This document shows positions 23,556 through 33,890 of a DNA stretch of 64,000 nt, in pieces; within the stretch, counting starts at the first letter, position 1, and each line of letters opens with the position of its first letter. This stretch comes from Podarcis vaucheri. Lineage: Eukaryota. Under the pieces are notes generated by a model. The model worked only from the letters and a program-made list of their open reading frames with translations. It made no database searches and was not told where the DNA came from. Location: assembly GCA_965113315.1 (NCBI GenBank), contig OZ220378.1, one strand, 5' to 3'. The position numbers and the translations under genes are program-made.

Positions 23556-25601
23556 TGTGGCTGGCCTGCTGAAAAGTTAGTAGCAAAGATAGGAGATTCT
23601 ATTGTTTCTAAAATGGGTTAAACTTAAAAGTGCAACGTGTCCATTTTCAAGTTAATGTCAAACTAGGAGACCGGGTAGGGTGTATGCCTGAGTCCTCTCT
23701 GATTCCTGCACCCAGCAAGGATTCAATTGCTGGAACAGATTTTTGTTGACGTAGCGGCCCCCTAAGTATGGGTCCTTAAGGTAACAGAAGGAAGTGGCTC
23801 TGAGCCAGACTCGCTGGTAGTTAGAAAGACAACAGCCAGAGGTGAAATGTGCATATGAGCTAGCATCATAGAATTGTACACTATTACTTTTTCCTCTCCA
23901 GAGGAATAGCTGTGTTAACATATTGTAGTGTGATACCTTAAAGACCAACAAAGTTATTATGGCATAAGCTTTTTTGAGTCAGAGCAGAGTGGAAGCAGCT
24001 TTGCCCCCAAAAATGAGAAATCCAAGAATGTAGCATACCTTTAACCGGGCAACTGCATGTCCTACCCCCACCATAAGACCATTCTTTGATGCACTTTATA
24101 ATTTGCATCTTACTAGTGGGACCTTCAACAGAATGTTGCAATGTTCCCTTACCTCCTAACAGGAGTTCTGCTCAAGGTTCTAGCCATTCCTTACCACAGG
24201 ATATTCCAGTCAAATTCCCAACCTCCCCTCTCCCCCAAATCAGCATGACATTCTTCAGCTACAGCAGGCACTGTCCTCAATGACATTTTGGGGTGCGGGG
24301 TTCTTCTGCAAACAGGGTTCCTTAGGGCATACCAGTACTTCCATCTTGTTTGTTTCTGAGTTATTAAATGGTCTCAAACTTCTTCCCTTCCTAGCTCAAA
24401 TTCAGTGTTCAGCTGAAAATCCCACAAACTTGAGTGACTTCTATGCAAGGAAATTATACACACCAATGAACATGTCAAGCCAAATAAGACTGGATAGCTA
24501 CTAAAAAGAATTTTAAGTTTTAATGGTTCTATTAAGAGCATAATGGCACGGGTCTAGAGTATGCACACCTCAGAAGTCATGGATTCCCCTTCCCATCTCC
24601 CCAAAACATGCACTGTAGCACATAAGGCAGCCACAAACCCAACATGACAACTACTGTGCATTTATTTATTAATTCACAATAACGCCCCCTCCTGTGTTTC
24701 CATACTCACAATTATTAAGCTGGATTAGTTTCCCTATTCTGCTCATTAAACATGCACTGAAAGAGGAGGGGATAGCCACCCATTACTTTTCCCAACTCTG
24801 TGTCCCAAGGGCAAGGATGGGAAACCTGTGGGTCCCTTCAGGTGTTCTGGGACTTCAACTCTCTACAGCCCCAGCCAGCACTGGCCAATGGCCAAGGCTG
24901 ATGGGAGTTGGAAGTCCAACAAGACCTGGAGTACCAATGGTTAAGTGTTGTGTTCATTTACCTTGTATTATATACAGAATCACAGTGAAGGTTTATCGCA
25001 AGAAACACCACCTCCAAAGTTCAACCAAGATCCTTAATTGGCAACAGAGAAGGTCAAGAAAGTGAGAAGCAGCCAGCGAAGTCCTACCAGAGTAGACCCA
25101 TTGAAACCAAGGGCCATGATTAACTTAAGTCCACTGATTTCCAATGGATATACTTGAGAGTAGGACTCATTGGCTACAATCAAAGTGAGTGTGTCTGAAA
25201 ATAAGGCACTTGAAACACCCAAAGATAAAGCTAGCAGACTTGTTTATGGGTGGCCCAAAGACACTGGAAGAGCAACAACACTTTCCAACAAACTCTTTGC
25301 TCATAAATGACTATTTTAGAATTCAGACAAGGGATATAATTCATATGACACATACCTCACAAGGACTGATGCTTTACCATGTCATTGCAGAATAGGCTAC
25401 ATTTCCTCCTCCAGTGCCTTTTAAGAACTTCACAATTAAGACATTCAAGGGGCTAAGCGCTTGCCATTACTACGCCACTACAAAGCAGCACCTGTTGAAC
25501 TCCTGCCTAACACATTGCACTTAGGACACACAGGAAAATGAAAGCAGCTGGAACCCTTGGGATGTCCTAGCCCAAAGAGAGCCTGGGCAGAACTTCAAAG
25601 C

Positions 25602-28600
25602 CTAGAGATGAGGGGTGGGTTGGCCAGCAGCTTTCCGGTCTGGCCTGGCTGCAGGCCGCTCCCGTTCCTCCCACAGCGTCACTCCATCGCAGGTGCATAT
25701 TTTCTTGGGGTTCTGGAAGAGGCCGGCAGAGCGCGCAATGATTCCACAGGCCACTCTAGGAAGGAAAAGGAAGGCGGCTTAAGTCCTTAGCTGCAGAGAG
25801 GACCACTAGACCAGGTCTCTGCATCCCATTATTGCAGCCTTTCTCAACCTGTGGGTCCCCAAATGTTGTTGAACTACAACTTCCATCTCCCCTAGCTAGC
25901 AAGGCCAGAGCTCAGGGATGGGAGTTGTAGTCCAACAACATCTGGGGACCCACAGGTTGAGAACCGGTGCATTACTGACTGAAAATAGTATTGCAGCTGC
26001 CTTCCCACAGCTCAAGCTCTGGAAAGACTTGGGTATGTTTAAAAAATGATATTAAAAAACCATCCACACACACAGAAGAAGACCCAGCAGACTAGACACA
26101 GTCAAATCCAACTCCAGAGATGCACTGCATATCGTGGTGGGTGGGGAAACGATCTGGCTGGCAAGAACAGGATCCTTATCTCCCCTATACCTCCCACCCC
26201 CGCAACAAAATTTTACAAGTGGTTGGGGACACCTAATGGATGTCAGAATGTTATCAGGTGCCCTGTTTTTGCAAAGTTTGCAAAGAAGTTTGAAGGAGAA
26301 GCACCGGTGGGAGGTTGTGGGTGTGGGTGTGAAGGAGCAGTCTTATGAGTGCACCTTGCTTGACCAAAGAACAACTGGGAGCTTTAAGCTCCCGATTGCT
26401 CCTCTGAAGTTTCGCCCTTTGCCCATGCCATATGGGTGGCGTGGCCTACTGAAAATGGCCTCATGGACCGAATGGGGAGGCCTGGAGGTCTACATGCTGA
26501 CGGTTCCTCACCCTGCTGTACCTGTTTAAATGGAAAACCAGTTGTGCGATCAATCACTGGCTAACCTTTTCCTCAAGGCTCTGAGGAGTCCAGGCAAGAA
26601 ACACCTCCAGGTAACAGGAAAGACTTGGGTCTGCCAAAGACCCTGTTGGTTTTCAGTGAGCCAGAGTAGGCAATGCTATGTCTGATGGACAAAGAATCTG
26701 CCCTGGTTTTAGACAGCTTCCTAGGTCAGGTGCCCCACCTTGCAGCAGACAAAGAGAACTCAATAAACTCTAATCCTTCTTACCTCTCACCCGAATTTCC
26801 AGTGACTTTTGAGAGCGGGTGGCTTCCGCGGCCCAAGTCGTCCTGCCCTGCGTCTACCACCAGTGAGCGGCCAATGATGTCATGAACCTAAAATGGAGCA
26901 TAGCAATGCATGTGCAACCAGTCCTTGTCGCTCTAGTGATGGTGGCAGCTCCCAGCAATGCTGGCCATGCAAGGGGCACTATTGTACTTGATCCTAAACT
27001 GAAAACAACTCTGCCCAAACTATTGGGTCATGACAAAACTGTTTGGCCACTGGATGAAGTGCTGCAACACGGTGTGTTCCTGACCACTGTCAATGCTCTA
27101 AGAGAAGCTGCCAACAACAGAAGAAAACTGACAAGCAAAGCAGGTTTCATGAGCAACACCACAGAAAGGTCATTTTGACTGGGAAGTGCGTCACACAAAG
27201 CCTTGAGGCAGGGGTGGGTGTGATGTCCATTGATAGGAGGGAGCTCAGGAAAGTCTGTTTAATACAGCACAAGGTTTGCTCTGTGGAAAAGATACTGGAG
27301 TTTGTAGACATAACAGAGCCGGCACGGGAGTTGGGATGCAAGTGAGCTGTGCAGGACCAAGCTGATTGCTAGCTTAGCAAAGGCTCTTTTTATCAGCAAA
27401 ATATGCAAAACCAGCAAGATACATTCAGGGCTTTGCTCTTTATACTTCTCCAATCCCAAGCCTCCTGGGTGTTATCTACGCAACTTGCTCCACCACATCA
27501 TGTTCCCATTACAGGGGGAAATGAAGTAAAGGTCAGGACATGGAACACTGCTGAGGAGACAAAAGGTCAAGGAGTGGGCATGGCGGCTAGACAGCTGTAG
27601 CTTGTCTTATGCTGCGGAGGAGGGTATGCCCTCACCCTGCAACGCCATCCCTACAGGAGTTAATGAACAATCAAACTATAAAATTTTCCTACACTGTAAG
27701 AAGGGATCTATTGATTCTGAAGAAAATGGAAGGGAAAAGGAACCAGCTGCCCTGTGTCCTGTTGTTTCCATCAGTTTTTTGATCACAAGCCCACTCACTG
27801 TGCTCCTCACATCCTCCAGGAAGCCTCACCTTCAGCTGGTTGTCTTCCATCCGGAAGGAAGCCCTTCCATCATCAGCTGCCAATATATTTCCAAGATCCC
27901 CAGCATGCTGCAAACAGAGCCCCAGGAAGCACAGTTAGATTCTGGGCAGCTCAGCCCAAAACCACTATATTTGTTCCCTTTCTCTGTCCCTCCCTCTCAT
28001 ACACACAACACAATGTTAATCCCTTGCCTCCCTGCACACCTTTCTCCCCATCACAACCATGCTCCCAGCCAGCCCATCAAGTAACAGTTGGAGGAGTGCA
28101 GTTTACATTGCGAGGGACCATGCATGGGCTTAGGCAGGGATCTCCCCATGAGCTTGGCAGGGAAGCAGAAAAAGTTGTTGGTGGAAGTCAATTTGGCAGC
28201 CCGAGACAACCTGCGAGTGCTACACCAAATTCATCTGATTCTAAAGCGCTTTCACCAAATGTTGCCTTTCCCTGAAGAAGGCAAAAGGCGCTTGCCTCTC
28301 CTTCAACGCTCACCCTCTCCCCACTTCTTGGGGTTTTTTAACGAAAAGCTGGACTACTCAGAAATAAAAGTTCACACCACTGGATCACACCCACAAATGG
28401 ATGCTTAGCCTGCCCTTAACTCCCAAAATTGGAAGTGGGTCCCAAATCAGGGCTGCAAATATTTCATTTCATTCAGTTACTTTATTATTAATTGGTGGGA
28501 AATAAATTTTGAATCACTATGGGTAGGTTTTAATTGGAGATAATGAGAGTTCAGGACACGGTTCTTTATTTTTGAGGTTATTTTGGATCTGAAAAGTTAT

Positions 28601-31600
28601 TGCAATAGGGAACGAAAGAAGGATGCCCCTTCTAACAAATGAGCAATAGCTTGTACATTATCAGTATTCAATCAGTTACACACTTGGTTACCGTAATTAA
28701 TCAACTGAAAGTTCTTTAAACTGGCTCATGGTCCTGGTTAACAATTAATTTCATTTATCAGTCACCTAGTTAAAAAACAGTCTTGTGGTGACTTAAGAGC
28801 AGAAAAAAATTGCAGAGTTAAAGCACAGCACTCATCAATATGAAAACAAGACAACCACCTCAACACCAGGAGGAACCTGGAGGGTTCCCACCCCTGCCTT
28901 AAGTAATTTAATACCTGGTGATGCCACAAACTCACCCTATGAACATCCTGGGGACCCCCATGACATTCCCCATGAGGATTGAAGTGGTCTCCACAGCTGT
29001 TTGAGAGACAAGAAAAGTTTTGATAGCGAGAGTCAGTGAAAGAAAGGGCTCCCTAAAGCCAAGGAGACGCCTCAGAAGGTGCCTGTTAATGCCTCTCACC
29101 TGTCGCAGGAATTGGTGACATCCCCAAACTCATGCACATGCAGGCCGTGCAGCCCCGGCTCCAGACCATCAATGGCGCCATCAATGAGGCAGCTTTGTGG
29201 GGACAGCTGCAAGAACCTCACCACACCCTGGACCAACCCTGGGCCAGACACCATTGCCACAGCGGCAGCACCGAGACTCCCTATAAAGGGAAGAGGTCGC
29301 ACAAGTTTGCTGCTTGCTTTGAGGAGTTCCCTTACACATGTCGCTCTCAGGACCAAGAGACTTCCAGGGGAGGAAATGGCTGACTGACTGCCTCTCTGTC
29401 TACTCTCTGCTGACAGAGGTTAATTTTGTGGTGATTGATGGTATTCAGACGAAATCACAGTGGGATAAAGAGTGATCAAGGGAGTAACCTCAAGTGCTCG
29501 GATCAAAACTGTTTTCTGCTGTCTGAACTGACACTGCATCCAAACTCCTCATAAGAACCCTTCATAAGTTCTGCATTCTCCCTTAAACATTTTTGGGACA
29601 GGATAGCCTATAACTTAGCAAGATTTATCAGCCGGCAGATGAAAACTCACTGTCGAAAAACTTGCAAGAGCCACTTTCTGTCTTTAATAAAAGAGAGAAA
29701 ACTGGTTGTTAAAGTGTCTAAGGCAGAGCAAAAAGCCCAATTTATGGTTGACGATAAAGATTAAGCAACTGAGGGAAAATCTTTCTTTCTTTTTTTTCTT
29801 CTTGTGGCTGGGAAACCGAAAGTAAATCGGCCATCACTTCCTCTGTGGGGGAAAAATATTGTGGGAAAACAATGTTGCTGTGACTGTGATCTTAGGGTGG
29901 AACCTTAAGGCAGAAATATTAAGTTAAAGTTGGAACTTATAAAGAAACTGTGTTGTTAATAATGATGCTTTTACACATAAGCAGGGAGGGCTAGAGAATC
30001 TGCAACTCCTGCAATCACGACGAACGCTCTAGAACAGGGGTAGGCAGCCTGTGGCCCTAGGACAGGGGTGAGAAACTTCTGACCCATGGGACACCCTTAG
30101 CTTGCTAGGGGTTCCCATTTTTGCCTGCAAGGCTGTTGTGGTTAAACCACGGCTACCTGTCAATAAATGACATCATCACAACGTTTGATGGGTGCTGTCA
30201 ACTCCTGTGAAAAGCCTATGGGTACTGAGCAGGGAGTTTTCCCTTGCTTGACTTTCCAGGACTTAAAGTGGCACACAGAGCTGATCCCTGCATCTCGCAG
30301 GGATGAACCTGCAGATGGGCAGAGGATTCAGTCCTGCTAAGTTCAGCTGCATATGCCAGTTCTGGTGGGGAACTGACACATGCAGCCCATCTGTGTAGAA
30401 AGCAGAATTGCAACCCTCCACCCATCAGATGGTGCACAGGGAATTCAACCCCGCTTGGTCACTATCTTCCCCATCCCCATTTATCAGTTTTGGTGGTGGT
30501 GGGCAATCATGGGTGGTATCCAACTAAGTTCTACTTAGAGTGGATTGTTAAAATTAATGGCCTTAAATTAGTCATGTTAATTAATTTCCATGAGTCTACT
30601 CTGATCCAGTGATCTAGCCCTAAGCCTAAGGTCAAAAGTCCTCTGCAAGTTACCCATTTAGGCCTTTGGCAAGGATGGCTTGTCGATCCCCCACACAGAC
30701 TGATGGGTGGAGAAAGAGAGATGGCAGACAGCCACTGACAAGTTGCCCATGAGCAAATGTCACTCTCGATGGCAGGAGGGGAGGTTGACAACTCCTGCTC
30801 TAGCCACTGTTCTTCTCTGTACCAGCACATTTTCTGATAAAAATCCTTAGCTAAAATTGCCAATATTCATTTGGGAGGAGATGAAGAAGCCATGATGCTT
30901 GGCACCTATTGAAAACGAGTTTTGAAGTTTGTTGTGGAGATATTCTAGGTGGGAAGCTGGAAGGAGGTGAGGCAGAATCAGCTTACCAGGCACAGCAGCC
31001 CCCATCCCTTTCAGCACAGCACTGCGTCCGGTGCTCTCCAATAGGCTTTGGACCTTCTCAGCACCAAGGCTAGTCTCCACCAGCACACTCTGTGATTCCA
31101 GCTGGACGTTAAGCACCTGAAGGCCTGGGGAAGAGGTAGGAGGTGGAAAGAGATAGGGAAGGAGAAGGTGAAGTGCAAAGACAGAAGTCACTGCCATGAT
31201 GCAACTGTTGCATTCCACACTAGTCCATTAAACTACCCTGCTCCCCTGACAAGCCACCACTTTTACTCATAACAAGAGTCTCCTCCTTTATCCTTAACAC
31301 AAAACATTCAGAAGACCTTCCTGATGGCGTAGGTGTTCTGGCTGTGGAACCAACTGCCTTGGAAGGTGGTGGACTCCCAACTTTGCTGGAGGTTTTGAAA
31401 CACAATCTGGATGGGATTAGGGATGCTGTGGTAATAAATTTCCTACACTGGCAGGGGCTTGGACTAGATGACCCCCGAGGACCATTCCAACAGTATGAGT
31501 CCTCCCACACAAACCTGCCTGTTGAGTACCACCAATCTGCTATATATTTTAGAAAGTGATTTGTCTGTCTTTCTATCTGTTCTCCATAGGTCTGGCTACC

Positions 31601-33517
31601 TCTTTTGCCAAATTTGGCACTAGGGTTCCCACACTGGGGGTAGCTGTTGTTGTCAATGTTTGGGCATTGGCTGCCATTCTGAAGCAAGACAGCAGACCAA
31701 AATGTCACTTTGGCGTGACTTTGTCTGGATTTTTTTGGCATAGGTTCAGTGGCCTTATGAGATATCTTTACCCCTGCTTCGTATTCTCCTGGTGGCATCT
31801 GTATAGTCACTGTTCCTTTTTTTAAATGGATAGCCATATGTTTTAGCAATGTCACAAGGTAGCTAACAATTAAAATAAAAAACAGCACAAATCAAGAAAA
31901 TGATACAAACACCTGGCGGGGAGAGTGGGGAACAGTTTATCAGAGAAAAGAACAAGCCCAAAAACTCAGGAATTAACCTGGCACCTGAAGCCAGGGAGTA
32001 TCTAGGTTTGATGGACCTCCCTGAGTATATTGTTCCATTAAAAAGACCCTTCTGCCAGAGGAGGTGTGGGAAACCTTTGGCTTTCCAGATGTTGCTGATC
32101 AACAGCTCCTATCAGCTCCAGCAAGCACAGCCAGAGATGATGGGAGCTGTAAGATCAGAGATATATGGATGGCCAAAGATTCCCCACACTTATCTTGGCA
32201 AATTTAGACAGAAGAACCTGGAGAAAGGCTTTTGATGTTGTATGGTAGCTGTAGACAAGATGAAGACCTAGATGGACAATTGTGCTGATATTGTAACACA
32301 TTTTTTTTAGTACTGCTGCGCTTTCTGAGGAGTGTCAATGTGAGCAGTTGGGAAAAATAAAATTGCAGTGCGCCCAAGGAACAGGAAAAATGCCCACTCC
32401 CTGGACAGGGTTTAGAATTGTCACTTCAGATGTTGTTCCAACTTCAACTACCATCATCCTTGCTGGCTAGGGCTGATGGTAGTTGGAGTTCAACAGCATC
32501 TGGAGGGCCACAGGATCCTGACAAATGCCACAGGCCTTCATCATCTGATCACCTGGTATTCCCTGCAGAGATGACTGAATGGCCTCAACACAATTCTGAC
32601 ACACCATCTGGACAGCAAACTCCAGCTGTAAAAAAGCGAGAGAAGCTCATGTGAGTCCAAAGCTGCTTATTTAAAAAAGGAAAGAAAGAAAAATGTCGTT
32701 GTATGTAGAATGCAGAATATCTCTTACTGATCTGCAGCTGGAACATGATTTCAAATTACCAGACACTATTCAAGGAAAGCAGGGGGAACAGTGCTGAACC
32801 TGGTGGGCAGGTGGTCCTCCTTAGCACATTATGTTCACAGGATAAGGTTAGTACTATGTTAGGAGCAGTAGTTTGAATCCTTCACCCATTCAACAGTCTT
32901 TCTGCTTCATACCCTATCCATGGACACCCTAAACCTGCACGTTTATCATCATCATCTTTATATCCCGCCTTTCCCCCAAACCGGTAATCAAGGTAACTTA
33001 AAAGATAAAAGCATGAAAAGATATTCATTAAAAAAGCAATTAAACACTAAAGCTATATCTTTATTGTGTGTATGTAAGCTGTATTTCACCATGGCAGATT
33101 ATGTGTCCATTTAGCTGAGTATTGTCTCTTCTGACTGGAAATGGCTTTCCAGGGCCTCAGGCAGAGGAGGGCCTTTCCATTCCTCGCTGCGCGATCCTTC
33201 CTAACTGGAGCTACCGTTGGAGGAGGACTTTGCACGTCTGTTCTGCCGCCCGTTTCTCCAACCATCCGATAAAAGGTAACAATTCCACCCACCCTCACGG
33301 AAGGCTTCCTGCATGTTTGCCATAGCAGGCAGAAACACAACAGGGGCAGACGCGGCGAGGAAAAAAACTTCCCCTGCTAGATTTCTGCATGTCATGCCTC
33401 TGCTTTTTAAGGCGAGATAACGGTTGGGCAAAGAAATTAGTGGCCCACCCCCGGCGGGGGATTCTATCCCACCTTGCAGCTGCTGCTGCCTCCACCGCTT
33501 CCTGGAGGTGCTTCCAT
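25602..33517 (-). CDS. CCS: Copper chaperone for superoxide dismutase, 277 aa
   Basis: Eight exons: 33473-33517, 32553-32625, 30987-31124, 29100-29280, 28936-28996, 27830-27907, 26784-26887 and 25602-25755, all GT-AG and in phase (834 nt). Domain [14 protein letters not shown]; SOD-like domain [14 protein letters not shown]...HFNP...HGGP...HAGDLGN...IIGRSLVVD; domain [28 protein letters not shown]. Confidence 0.96.
25835..25969. mobile_element. hAT-type MITE
   Basis: Long inverted termini ttctcaacctgtgggtcccca / tggggacccacaggttgagaa; 8-bp near-perfect TSD cattattg (25827-25834) / cattactg (25970-25977). Degenerate relatives at about 24810-24930, 32060-32190, 32420-32520 and 57525-57645. Confidence 0.75.
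31335..31500 (+). mobile_element. CR1 3' fragment
   Basis: ggtggtggactccc...ggaggttttgaa...ggactagatgacccc...ttccaac, similar to 20470-20672. Confidence 0.55.
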
Positions 33518-33890
33518 CGCCGCCGCCGCCGCCTCCTTCTTCCTTTTCCTTCACGGGGAAATGTTGCCCGCCGGACCCGCTTGTACAAACACAAAACAGG
33601 AACCCGGAAGACGCTGACCTGCCACTCTAGCTCATCTCTATGATCGGCGACCGACTCGTCCTGTAAAAAGAGCAGTAAACGGAGTTGACAACGTCACTTC
33701 CTGCCCCCTCCTCTTCGGAGTCCGCGCGCCCTTTTCCCAGGCCCGGAACCAAACTCTCGCGCTCAGCGTCCCTCGGGGAAGCCGATTGGCGCCGAGTAGT
33801 CCGTTGTGGAGTAACCATGACGACCGCTCCATAAGCCCCCTTGGGGTTGCTGTCGCTGCTGCAGCTGCAGCTTCCGCCGAGCTCCCCGCC
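33518..33890. promoter_or_regulatory. CCS/CCDC87 bidirectional CpG-island promoter
   Basis: Divergent start codons 373 bp apart. ACGTCACTTCC (CRE-half/ETS) near 33691-33701, ATTGG near 33785, X-box-like GTAACCATGACGAC at 33811-33824. Confidence 0.8.

Noticed and set aside
31220-31888. 222-aa ORF in CCS intron 2
   Set aside because: Non-ATG start, overlaps a CR1 fragment, no recognisable domain, and the CCS splice chain is complete without it.
33786-33890. 35-aa N-terminal extension of CCDC87 given by the ORF track
   Set aside because: It starts at a non-ATG codon inside the promoter; the first in-frame ATG is at 33891.
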